Positions 24,343-37,085 of a DNA stretch of 64,000 nt are shown here, piece by piece. Where the stretch lies: NCBI RefSeq assembly GCF_006345805.1, contig NC_042999.1:16058001-16122000 (forward strand), written 5' to 3'. The stretch is from Octopus sinensis. Its lineage: Eukaryota. Position numbers and translations under genes: made by a program. A model generated the notes under the pieces. That model saw nothing but the letters and a program-made list of their open reading frames with translations. It made no database searches and was not told the origin of the DNA. The first letter of the stretch is position 1, and each line of letters starts with the position of its first letter.

Positions 24343-24678
24343 GAAACTAGGTAAATATAAGCCTTCGAACAGAGACGTCAGTGGCGACACCTGCGGGTCT
24401 GACTGCGCTACATTGACAAGAGGGCAATACCCCGAAACGCGTCTGTAGCTGTCGGACTGGCAGTGTGAAGCGGCTGACCTCCCTTGTTCGAAGGTTATAA
24501 TGGATACAGATCGTGTATCAATAGCTATCTTGATGGCGGTGGCCTCATGGAGCTGACCATGGCAGCGATTATTCTTATATCTATAAGAATGCCATATTAA
24601 TATGGCGATAACAATTAATTTCCAGTAAACGCTGCCATAATCTCTTTTATAGAGACTTAGTAATTTTAATATTTCTAT
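24343..24678 (+). mobile_element. Structured ~340-nt TA-flanked element carrying a hammerhead (retrozyme- or pLTR-like)
   Basis: Locally GC-rich, between two (TA)n runs; long hairpin 24356-24499 plus further hairpins (gatac..gtatc, ttcttata/tataagaa, gccatatt/aatatggc, atggcagcg/cgctgccat). Confidence 0.55.
24407..24449 (+). ncRNA. Type I hammerhead ribozyme motif with U3-A8 core variant
   Basis: gctaca TTGACAA g-a-ggg caata ccc-c GAAA cgcg TC tgtagc: perfect 6-bp stem I, GAAACGCGTC, predicted cleavage after GUC (C24443). Confidence 0.7.
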
Positions 24679-24711
<33 letters not shown>

Positions 24712-24733
24712 TATATATATATAATATTTAAAT

Positions 24734-24965
24734 TATCTAAGAGATACCTCCACGCTGGAAATATTAGCCAAAACTTGTCTCTAAAACCACATTAAATGCT
24801 CATATATCACCAGGAAAGTCAAGTTTTGGCTGCTATTTCCAGCGTGGAGGTATCTCTTAGATACCCTAAATTATAATTTTAATAATAATTATTGCCTTTG
24901 AAGGTTTTTATTCCCACACTGGCCACTTATTGATATTTAAATTAACGATCTTATCCTTATTTATT
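24734..24965. repeat. Fold-back element (copy 1 of family also at 61030-61285)
   Basis: tatctaagagatacctccacgctggaaat..ccaaaactt / aagttttggc..tttccagcgtggaggtatctcttagata. Confidence 0.8.
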
Positions 24966-25130
24966 TAAATTTATATATATATGTCAAGTATCATCATCAT
25001 CATTTAGTGTCTGCTTTCCATGCTGGCATGGGTTAAACAGTTTGATTGAAAATGTTAAGCTGGAGAGCTGCACCAAATTCCAGTCTGATTTGGCACCATT
25101 TCTATGACCGGATGCCCTTCTTAATGCCAA

Positions 25131-25186
<56 letters not shown>

Positions 25187-28159
25187 AAGTGTTTGTAAGT
25201 ATGTGTGTGTGTTGTGTTGTTTACGTTCCTGTAAGTAATCAATTTGGAGAAAGATACTGATAGAATAAGTACCAAGCTTTGAAAAAGATGGGTTGAATTC
25301 ATTCAAATGAAATTACTTGGGGCCGTGCCCCTAATATGGTTGCATTCTAATGACACAAACAATTATAAGATAGAATCATTGTCTGGAGAATACTGTCTCT
25401 GTTACTAATAGGCAGTAGTATATCTGTGGTCTTAAAGTAATAACCATATTGAATTTACTTGCTTCAGTTTGACACCCACTAAAGAAACAATTGTATTAAG
25501 GAGCTGTTAGAAAAGACTCCTAAAGGAATTGCTGTGAAACTGCTGCCAGAAACTTAATAAAACAACCGGTCCTTAGTATTAATCATGAAGTCAAATTTAG
25601 ATTTATCACACAACTGTATTGCACAACCAGTTTGAAAATACACTTGGAATAAAATATTACTTTCTGTTTCATCAAGAAAATAGTTAATGTAATTTTATTA
25701 ACTAATGTCCTCGGTAATTTACACCCAATTCAATTTGCAGTGCTTTTTGTTATCATCTCATTGCAGGAATACTTATTAGTAAGAGCAGATGAAGAAACTA
25801 ATAAATAAAGCAAACAGGTAATAGATAAATAAGCATCAATTTTCTTAAACAAATAGGTAACAAAACTTCAAAACAAACTGAAAACCAATTTATTTTTGTA
25901 GAGGTGAGTAGAAAATATTACAAGAAACATTGCATGTATATATTCTTGTGTGGAAGGAATATAACTTTAAGTTTATTGGTAAGCGTTGGAGTTTAGCAGC
26001 ACTAAGTAATCAATTTCAAAGTCATTTGTCAAATTAAATGAGAAATTAGTTTCATTCAGTAGATAAATGCCATGCATTTTCGATGCAGAGGCAGTGTTGA
26101 ATTACCATTAAAGACCACTTTATGGAGCTTTTCCTTGCTCTAACTTCATTTGAAGATATCCATGACTAATGAGAATGTAAAATAAGATGACTTGAAACAG
26201 TTCTGGACAGGTTTCACTCAGCAAAGCATTGCTTGATTAAAAGCAGGAATACAAATAAATATCTCCTGATTTCTAATAATGAAGATAACATTCGATGCCT
26301 TCATTACATTAATAACCGCCAGCGTACATTTGACATAGACTCATTAATCAGAAACCAGAACTCATTCTGAGCTTTCTGCTCATCATTTATGTGACAAATG
26401 ATAAAGTGAAATTTTCTCTGCATATCTGTGTATGTGTGTATACATATCTGTAAATATATTTGTGCACACACATACACACACATATATATACATATATACA
26501 TATTTTATATATATATATATATATAAATACATATTTTATATATATATATATATATAAAATACATACTTTATATCTATACATGCAAACACGTATATTTGCA
26601 TATATTTATGTATATACATGCAAGCATGTATATTTGCAAAGTACATAATCATTTAGTTCCCATATAGTATATTGTTTCTGTAACATTGTGAAGTTGCTAC
26701 AAGACATAGAAGTTACAATAAGACTGAAATCCATCTTCAAGTTGAAAAATGGTCTTCCTTAGTAACTTCATTCTCTGAAACATCTTTCCTTACACTGATT
26801 TGGTGGTGGTGTGGTTGGTATGTACGTACGATTCCTGACTTTGGAATAAGATTCATATCATGTTCTCGTAAAAAGAAAATGCTTCATTTTCTGTAATTTA
26901 TCAAAATGTAACAGAGAAAGATCACTTTACACTTGGCTATGTAGTCTGTGAATTCTTAGAAATTCCATTCCTTCTTCATATCACTTCCGCATGCGTAGTT
27001 AGCAAAAGTGTTTACCTGTACATTGTTTCTTGCATTTAGGTTATGATTTGCTGAATGCTGAAAATCATAATACCCTAAAGGCTTTTAGCAATCTAAAAAA
27101 CAAAGATTAATAATAGTAAAATATGAAACAAAACAACCACACTACACTATTGCATTCACAAAAACTGGGTCTTTGAATTCAATTAACATCTCAATGAACA
27201 ATTTGTTAGTAGCTGCGCCAGACAGAATACTTTTCAAATACAAAGATCTGTCTAATTAGCGAGTTTAAGAAAAAAAATTCCTAAAGTATAGATGATTTTT
27301 TAATGAATGCATGAACGCATGACAATAAATATTAAAAACGCATTCATATTTAAACGAGCTATTATTTCCTTCATATGTATACACTTACTATTTAAATATG
27401 CTGTGAGTATCGTATAAAATATATAATCAAATTTGTATCATATATTTCTGTTGCACTTTTCTTAAGCATATAAAAATCGATTTTTTAATTGATTTTTTTT
27501 TCCCCCATCAAACTATTTATATGTTTGGAGATATTTATTATAAGGCTTTCTCGGTTTCAGATGAGTAAATTATGTCAGGAAATTATAGATGCACACGAGT
27601 GTCTCTTCTTCTTCGCAGTAAAGAATAATGTTATAGGAATATTGCATATCAGTCTCAACCAATTTGGAAGGTAAACATATTTTATAGTAAGATACTCACT
27701 TAATCTGAAGCTTCCAGCAGATATGTTAATGTTCATATATACATACATCAATCATTCAGTATATTTTTGTTTACGCCTTGATCAAAAAATTTGCATAAAT
27801 TCAATTTTTTTCTTTTCTTTATTTTTCTTTTTGACAAATAATCTTATATCAATCATACATGCACACAACTAGACATACTCACACACAAACACACATACAA
27901 GCATAAGTAAGCCAAGGAATACAGCTATACTACTAATATATAAAACACTCTGTGTCTATGTGTGCATGTGTGTATGTATTTGTATATATGTATGTATATG
28001 TATATTTGTATATGCGCATGTGCATATATGTATGTGTGTGTATATATATATATATAAATAATACATGCATATATAGACAGAGAGATAGATAGATAGATAG
28101 ATAGATAGAAGGAAAGATAGATGTATGTGTATATGCATATCTATATCCTCCTCCTCCTC

Positions 28160-28291
28160 CTCATCATCATCATTTCCATGCTGGCATGGGTTGGACGGTT
28201 TGACTGGGGACTGGTGAGCCAGATGGTTGCACCAGGCTCCAATCTGATCTGGTAGAGTTTCTACAGCTGGATGCCCTTCCTAATGCCAACC
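28160..28291 (-). mobile_element. Family C fragment
   Basis: ttccatgctggcatgggttggacgg...ggatgcccttcctaatgccaac. Confidence 0.8.
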
Positions 28292-28314
28292 TAAATATAT
28301 ATATATGAAATGAA

Positions 28315-28550
28315 GGTGTATAGCTTAGTAGTTAGGGTGTTGTACTCATGGTTGTAAGATTGTGGTTTTAATTCCTGGACTGGATGTATTGTGTTCTTGA
28401 GCAAGGCACTTTATTTCATGTTGCTCCTGACCACTCAGCTGGTGAAAATGATTAATCCTGTGACAAACTGGATTCCTGTCTAGAGGTGGGGAAAATAAAC
28501 CGTACAGAGTCTGGGAAACTTGACTTTTGGAGCCAATGGCTTCAGAAGAA
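28315..28550 (+). mobile_element. SINE family D
   Basis: tagcttagtagttagggtgt...ggttttaattcctggac...gtgttcttgagcaaggcactt. Confidence 0.75.
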
Positions 28551-29427
28551 CCTTTGATCCTCTTTTTTTGGTAACTATACAGGCACAAGTGTGACTGTTT
28601 GGTTAAGAAGCTTCCATTTCAACCACGTGATCCTGAGTTCACTTTTAATGAGTTTTGTAAGGTATATATATATATATGTTTTGTTCATGTGTCACTGGCA
28701 CAAGTGCTAGTAAGGTGACGCTGGTAAAGATTATGCTCAAATTGTACTTTTTATGTGCCACCTGCACAGGAGTCAGTCCAGCGGCACTGGCAACGACCTC
28801 GCTCAAATGTTTTGTTCACGTGCCGCCAGCACAAGTGCTAGTAAGGTGACACTGGTAAAGATTATGCTCAAATGGTACTTTTTTTTACGTGCCACTGGAA
28901 CAGAAGCCAGACAGCTGCTCTGGCAGTGATCCCACTCAGATGGAGCTGTTAGCGCTCCACTGGCACGGGTGCTAGTCATCGAATTTGATTCAATTTCGAT
29001 TATTTCATGATAACTTTCAAATGCTTTTCTCTATGGATGATCTTTCAAACTAATCAAGCTTTGTCTAGTCAGGAGGATACCACTATTTGTTGTGCAATAC
29101 AATTTAACATTTATCTTTGACTAACGTCCAAAGGTTGTTTATAAAATTCTGATGAATATTTTTGTAATTTTAATAACAGACTCAGGATGATGTCTGACAT
29201 GTTTCCTATCATCAATCCAGCAATTTTGCATTATTCACATGACATGTCATTTTTCTTCTCCTACTGTTTTCCCATCAAGTAGAAGATTTCAATTTTTCTC
29301 ATTTTGTTTTGTTTTTTTTTTCTTTTCATTGATATAAAAGTAATTCATCATTATGACTGTTGTGTTAAGAGGTTTGCATCCAAACAGTGTGGTGTCAGGT
29401 TCAATCCTTAAACCATATAGTTGTGAT

Positions 29428-29459
<32 letters not shown>

Positions 29460-29817
29460 TGAGTAATTGAGTGTCCATGTGTTTGTGTGTGTCTTAGTGG
29501 TTAGGATGTTGTAGTCATGATTGCAAGATTGTAGTTTCAATTCCTGGACTAGGTGATACATTATATTGTTGAGCCAAATATCATTTCATACAGCTCCAAG
29601 TCCCTTCAGCTTCCACAAACCTGTAATCCAGTAATGGACAGGCAACCCATCTAAAGGAGAGAAAATATATGTCACAGAATCAGGGAGACTGACCTCATGA
29701 GCTTATGGCTTCGGAAAGACCTTTCATTCTTTTTTTGATACATACATACCTACATAAGGCCAATCAAAGCCTATATATATATATATACATATATATAGCC
29801 TATATATATATATGTAG

Positions 29818-29851
<34 letters not shown>

Positions 29852-29853
<2 letters not shown>

Positions 29854-30240
29854 CGCAGGAGTGGCTGTGTGGTAAGTAGTTTACTTACCAACTACATGCT
29901 TCCAGGTTCATTTCCACTGTGTGGCACCTTGGGCAAGTGTCTTTTACTATAGCCTCAGGCTGACCAAAGCCTTTTGATGGAAACTGAAAGAAGCCCGTCC
30001 TATATATGTATATATATATGTATAAGTATGTGTGTGTATGTTTGTACATCTGTTTGTCCCCCAACATTGCTTGACAACCGATGCTGGTGTGTTTACATCC
30101 CTGTAACATAGCGGTTCAGCAAAAGAGACTGATAAAATAAGTACTAGGCTTACAAAGAATAATTCCTGGGGTCGATTTGCTAGACTAAAGGTGGTGTTGC
30201 AGCATGGCCACAGTCAAATGACTGAAACAGGTAAAAGAGT
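29852..30240 (+). mobile_element. SINE family A, full length
   Basis: Begins ggcgcaggagtggctgtgtggtaag right after (TA)n; B-box-like ggttcatttcc; ends gactgaaacaggtaaaagagt. Confidence 0.9.
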
Positions 30241-31004
30241 ACCTCAACCATGTGAGCATCAACAACACATTACACCTTGGACCATGTCGTTCACTACAGC
30301 TTCTGTACCTCACCATTAATGAATAATTCCTGGTGACTTGACTTCTTCGACATAGCAAAGACTTCACCACAAAGACTGGTCTTCCTCTGAGCCTTGAAAG
30401 ATTTCAGCTCCCCAACAATTATCAACCTTCTGTAAGTAAAAGAGTTAAAGAATGGGGGTACATATTTGTTTATCGTAGACATTTCTTATATAAATACTCA
30501 ATCAAAGAGAGACAGACACAGAGAGAGAAGGAGAGGAGGCAGGACATATTTAGATGCCATTATAGAACTAAGATGTCACATATATTTTTCTCTTATCATT
30601 TAGGCATTGTTTCCAGTATTTTGAATAATACTAGGTTTCTGAGAAGAGTAATTTAATTTTACACACAAATCATTTAATTATATCATAAATTTTGTAAAAT
30701 TATTATCAATAGCCCCCACACTGGTTATGCGTTTGTTTACACTGACTGTTTCTCTTTTATTTATGAAGGGCAAGACAGAGGGACATCTTAGAATGCCAGC
30801 AGCCATTATGAAGCTAGAATGTCACATTTTATTCCTCTGTTATTACCTACGCATTGTTCCCCTACTATCCTTGATAATTCTGGGTTTCAAAGAAGAACCA
30901 TTTAATTTCGAATATGAACTATATAACTTAATTACTTCACACATGACACAGCAACAATGACAGCGCAGTACTCCCTGGCTGGTGTTAAGATCCATATATC
31001 TTTC

Positions 31005-31037
31005 TCTGTCATCATCATCATCATCATCATCATCATC

Positions 31038-31068
<31 letters not shown>

Positions 31069-31144
31069 TCACCATCACCATCAACATCACCACCACCACC
31101 ATCACCTTCATCATCATCATCATCATCATCACCCTCACCATCAC

Positions 31145-31185
<41 letters not shown>

Positions 31186-31193
31186 CCACCACC

Positions 31194-31284
<91 letters not shown>

Positions 31285-31321
31285 ATCATCATCATCACCA
31301 CCACCACCACCACACCACCAC

Positions 31322-31388
<67 letters not shown>

Positions 31389-31600
31389 GAAATCATGATC
31401 ATGATCATCATTATTATTGCTAGCCTTCAACCAAAATTTGAAACTTTATTTATTATTATCATTATCATTATTATCATTATTATTATTATTATTATTATTA
31501 TTGTTAGTATTATTACTATTATTAATATTATTATTTATCATTGTCATTGTCATTGTCATCGTCATCATCATCATCACATCATCATCATCATCATCAACAT
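31005..31600. repeat. (CAT)/(CAC)/(TAT) compound microsatellite
   Basis: Directly visible. Confidence 0.95.
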
Positions 31601-32149
31601 TCTTATCTATGTATTGTCCTTCCTATCTTAAATTATTTAAGGTTTCTAAAGACAATTTAAACACAAAAGCCAAGGAGGGTGTCTTCAAAACTCTGGCAGC
31701 CATTATAGATATATACATATCTCATTTATTTATTCATTATGATCTTTACATTTTTCCTAAAATTTTAAAGCAATTTATCCTAAGGATAATTTAATTTTAG
31801 ATCATCATTATGAGTCATTTAGTTATATTTATAAAGTCTAACTGGTTGCTGCAAGTCCACCGATCGAAACACCACAATCAGAAGCGCCATTAGTGTAAAC
31901 AACACTGTGTCTTATATACATGGAGACAGACTGCCCCCTCCTTTTTTCCTACAATCTTCTCTGAATGATGCTAAAAAGGGGGAGAAAATAGTTAGAAGCC
32001 ATATTGTGTTGAGAACATGCTGCGTCTCCTGTATAGGGAAATCAAATTAACCCTTTTCTAACCATATTGCTGCTGGAATTCACTGTCTGTTTGGTTTCAA
32101 TTAATTTTGAAATTAATTAAGAATTTAGTGAAATAACTTTTAAGTTTTA

Positions 32150-32548
32150 TCTTTTATTTGTTCCACTCATAAAACTGTGGCCATGCTGGGGCACTGCCTT
32201 GAAAAATATTTAGTCAAATGAATTGACCACCAGGGATTTTTTTAGTTTGGTACTTATTCTATTGGTCTCTTTTATCCAACTGTTAAGTTATGGGGATGTA
32301 AACACACCAACACCGGTTGTCAGGCAATGGTGGGAGACAGACACAGATACACGCATATACACACACGCACACACACATCCATGCACACATACACATACAT
32401 ACAACAAGCTTCTTTCAGTTTCCGTCTACCAAATAGACTCACAAGGCTTTAATCAGCCTGAGGCTACAGAAGAAGATACTTGCCCAAGGTACGATGCAGT
32501 AGGACTGATCCCACAACCATGTGTTTGGGAAGCAAGCTTCTATCCACA
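32150..32548 (-). mobile_element. SINE family A
   Basis: Reverse complement of the consensus. Confidence 0.85.
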
Positions 32549-32944
32549 TGGCCATTCCTGGTCAATATTAAACTAGTATTTAGAACATAAATTAACATAA
32601 ATTAGCATAAATTAACATGTGATTTTGAAGGAATTACAAAATTTAGAGGATCCTTTCAATTTAGATCCCTTTAAAACAAGAAGCTTGAATCATAGGACTA
32701 AGAGTGATCTCTAGTCAATATTAAACTAGTATTTATAACATAAATTAACATGTGATTTTGAAGGAATTACAGCATGATAAAATGTACTCAGACACCATTG
32801 TGAAATAGTGGGAATAGGGAAGACTATAGTGAGATAATGTACCACATTGGATGGTGAAACAAAGGACCATGGTGGATGAAGAGACTAGGATCACTGTAGG
32901 GACATCTAGGACAGTAATAGCTCTAAAGATTTGACAAAGAATAG

Positions 32945-33177
32945 ATATTTCTTTACTACCCACAAGGGGTTAAACACAGAGGGGACAAACAAGGACAGAC
33001 AAACGGATTAAGTCGATTACATCGACCCCAGTGCATGACTGGTACTTAATTTATCGACCCCGAAAGGATGAAAGGCAAAGTCGACCTTGGCGGAATTTGA
33101 ACTCAGAACGTAACGGCAGACGAAATACGGCTACATATTTCGCCCAGCGTGCTAATGTTTCTGCCAGCTCACCACCT
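32945..33177 (-). mobile_element. SINE family B, full length
   Basis: atttctttactacccacaagggg...ctgccagctcaccacc. Confidence 0.9.
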
Positions 33178-34314
33178 ATTTGACAAAGAATAGAGATTAC
33201 TCTGCTGTCCTCCCATACGAGAGGTGGTATGATAAAATGTACCACCACCATCGCTTGACAACTGATGTTGGTGTGTTTACGTCCCTGTAACTTAACAGTT
33301 CGGCAAAAGATACCAATAGAATAAGTATGAGATTTACAAAGAATAAATCCTAGGGTCAATTTTTTCGACTAAAAGGCAGTGCTCCAGCATGGCCGCAGTC
33401 AAATGACTGAAACAAGTGAAAGCATAAAAGAGTAAAAGAACAGATAAAAAAGATGTCTGTATGTATGTATGCCTGCATGGACTTGTGTCTGTGTGTTATA
33501 TTTCTGAAAATTCATTTATTTTTCTGAGTATAAAACTCTATATGCATTTAACTATATCTTTATATATCATATCACTATTTAATATTGTTTATTAATGTTA
33601 ATTCGTCTCTCATACATGAAGAGAATTGTAAAGATTCTGTGAGTGATAATATATTCAAATTTAGTTTTCTTCAAATGGACAGATTTTTTAAAACGATCTT
33701 CTTGTATATTTACAGACATGCTGTCTTGAAATTTATACTTGGTTTTGTCATAATTATGTATTGCTTAAACCTAATCATGTTGTCTGAAATTATTTTATAA
33801 CTATTCTGTTCATTAATATTACTCATATTTTGGCAAATTTTTAAGGCATTTGCAGGCAGACTGTCTGATATAAAATATATTTATTTCTATATTGTATTCC
33901 AAAAAGCTTGAGGCAGAAATAGAAAAATATATATATAAATAAAAAAGACCATATGTAACTGGGAAATTATATTTTACTACAATTCGACATTTTCAGCAGT
34001 TTCTACAGACAAAAGTATGAAGCATAATTGTAATTTTCGACTTCGGAATTCATATTTAATAATTTGTGTTCTGCAGTGTCATTAGTCTCAGAAGAAAACA
34101 AAATTGATGTCACTGAAGAAACGTAGGATTGACAGAGAAATTCTGTATATACATCAATCATAGAAATTATATTCCAGTTAAATAATGATAAAGGCAAAGA
34201 TGAAGCAAAATAGGAAAGGAATTTCTGATTTTGTTTTTAAGCTGATGGACCATTCTGTCACTGATCTAAACTTCAAGGAACAATAATATACATACATTCA
34301 TACCAACCAACCTA

Positions 34315-34334
34315 TCTGTCTGTCTGTCTATCTG

Positions 34335-34412
<78 letters not shown>

Positions 34413-34715
34413 CATCCATATCATCATCATCATCACCACCACCACCACCACCATCACCATCATCACCATCCTCCTCCTCCTCATCATCATCATCATAATC
34501 ATAATCATCATCATCCTCCGCCGCCTCCTCCTCCTCCTCCTCATCATCATCATCATCATCACCACCATCATCACCACCATCATCACCACCATCATCATCA
34601 CCATCACCACCACCACCGCATCCACCACCTCCACCACTACTACCACCACCACCACCACCACCACCACCACCACCACCACCACCACCACCACCACCACCAC
34701 TACCACCACCATCAT
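34315..34715. repeat. (CTAT)n + (CAT)/(CAC)n compound microsatellite
   Basis: Directly visible. Confidence 0.95.
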
Positions 34716-35329
34716 CAATTAACGTGCAGTGTCCATGCTGGCATGGGTTGAACAGTTTGACCAGGGCTGACAGCCTGGAGGGCTGTACCAGGCTCCAATC
34801 TTGATTTGGCATGGTTTCTGGTGCTGGATGCTCTTCCTAATGCCAACCACTCTGAGAGTGTAATGGGTGCTTTTACTTGCCACCACCACGGGTGCCATTT
34901 GTGTGACATTGGTATCCGCCATGACTGCAATTTTACTTAGCATGATCGGTCTTCTTCTCAAGCACGACATTATGCCAAAGTGTTTGGCCATTTAGCAGGA
35001 GCAACAGAGTGATTCAAGGGCCAAAAGTTTTGTGCTCTCAAAACCCCTCACTTGATGATGTGTGAGTATGCAACTATTTCTGGATCACATTTTCTTCTAC
35101 TTGTTTCAGTCATTTGACTGTGGCCACTGCCTTTAGTTGAACAAATTGACCCCAGGACTTATTCTTTGTAAGCTCGATACTTATTGTGTCAGTATCTTTT
35201 GCTGAACTGCTAAGTTATGGTGATGTAAACACATCAACATTAGTTGTCAAACGCTGGTGGTGGGTGGGGTGGGGGCAAACAAAGACACACAAGCATATAC
35301 ATTTACATACATGTACATATATATATATA

Positions 35330-37049
35330 GACTGGTTTAAAGCTATTATGAATAAGAAAAAAGCGAGGTTTACACAATTCGATATTGTTGATTTTTATGC
35401 CTCTATCTCTAAAGAACTGCTAGATAAAGCCCTCATCTTCGCTAGTGACTTCATAGAAATTAGTACCAATGATAAGGAAATAATCTTCCATGCTAGAAAG
35501 ACCTTACTTTTCAGTGAGGACGCAAAGTGGGTAAAAAACACCGACATAGAGGGCGCTTTCGATGTGAGCATGGGTTCATATGATGGGGCAGGCATCTGTG
35601 ATCTAATTGGACTTTTTCTCCTAGATACCTTAGGTAAGACATTCCCTAACGTACATTTCGCCATCTACAAGATGATGCCCTCGCCTTAACAGCTAATACA
35701 AATGGACCAGCACAAGATCGTTTTAGGAAGGATATTATCCAGTTAATGAAACACTTCGGACTTAGTATAACTATAGATACTAACCTGATGGCTGTCAATT
35801 TCTTAGACGTTTCCTTAGATCTTAATAAGAATATTTATAAGCCTTATAGGAAGCCCAATGATAGACTAAGTTATATTAATGTAGGTTCATGCCATCCCCC
35901 TATAGTATTCAAAAATTTAGTTAAAAATATTAGTAAGAGGATTTCTAGCCTCTCATCTGATGAGGACATCTTCAATAGCGTTGCCCCAGTTTATAATAAG
36001 GCTTTAAAAGATAGTGGTTTTAGTGATAAAATAAAATATACACCTATCACTAGCCCAACAGTAAGGAAAAGGAATAATAGAAATAGGAAGGTCATCTGGT
36101 TTACGCCTCCTTACTCACCCGAGGTGGCCTTCAATATAGGTAAATATTTCCTAGCACTGATAGATAGACATTTTCCAGTTAACCATACTTATAGGAAACT
36201 CTTCAATAGACACAATTTAAAAATTAGTTTTAGTTCAACTACCTATTTTAAAAACATAATCAAACATAACATACAAAAAACACAAGAAGAAAACAGCTGT
36301 TCATGCAGGAATAAAGAATTGTGCCCGCTAAATGGAGCTTGCATGTCCAAGACCATCATATATGAAGCTACCGTAAACTCTATAACCACTAAAGACACCG
36401 TTTCGACGAAGAAATACATGGGCCTTACAGAGGGTAATTTCAAGGCCAGGTTCAATAACCACACTTTGAGCTTTAGGCACTGGAACAAAAGAAAAGCGAC
36501 ACAATTGTCTAAGCATATTTGGTCTTTAAGAGATTAAGGTGTCGATTATAACATAAAATGGAAGATTTTTGCCAGATGTAAGCCCTATACTAACGGCAGC
36601 GGAAGGTGCGGTCTATGCGACATGGAGAGATGGCTTATCTGGAAAAGCAGCTTAGACCCTACTACATGTCTAAATACAAGGACAGAGCTTTTCGGATCAT
36701 GCCCACATGTGACTAAATTTCTGTTACGTTTTTGGTCCCCTAAAGAAAACAGATAGAACATGCTTTCTATGTTATGTCCCAAGAAGAATTTATATATTTT
36801 TATATATTTTTTATATATTTTTTATATATTTTTTATGTATTTTTATATAATTTTTATGACGAAAAATGCGAGCGATGTATAAGTACGCAGGCAAGCAGAG
36901 TTATAACAGAGTAATTTCCCTTTATTTAACGGTATTTTTTCATAACGTTTTCAAATAGCCAGATAACCGAAGAGATGGTGTTGTGGATTTCCACTTCGGC
37001 ATCTGAAACTCAGAGTTTTATCTTGACTACCGAGTAATGTAACATATTG
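35330..37049 (+). mobile_element. 5'-truncated Penelope-like element (RT + C-terminal GIY-YIG; Nematis-like by motif)
   Basis: FDIVDFYASIS, FDVSMGSYDG, frameshifted Y-DD (35666-35676), FLDV, SCHPP, CSC..CPLNGAC linker, IIYEATV..YMGLTEGNFKARFNNH, in-frame stop at 36535-36537, then RCGLC..CPH..KFLL to stop at 36754-36756. Confidence 0.9.
36961..37023 (+). ncRNA. Hammerhead-like motif in the PLE 3' region, C4 variant
   Basis: agataa CCGAAGA gatg..gtgg-attt-ccac..catc t GAAA ctc-a-gag t t ttatct: perfect 6-bp stem I, near-palindromic stem III, located at the element 3' end. Confidence 0.6.
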
Positions 37050-37085
<36 letters not shown>

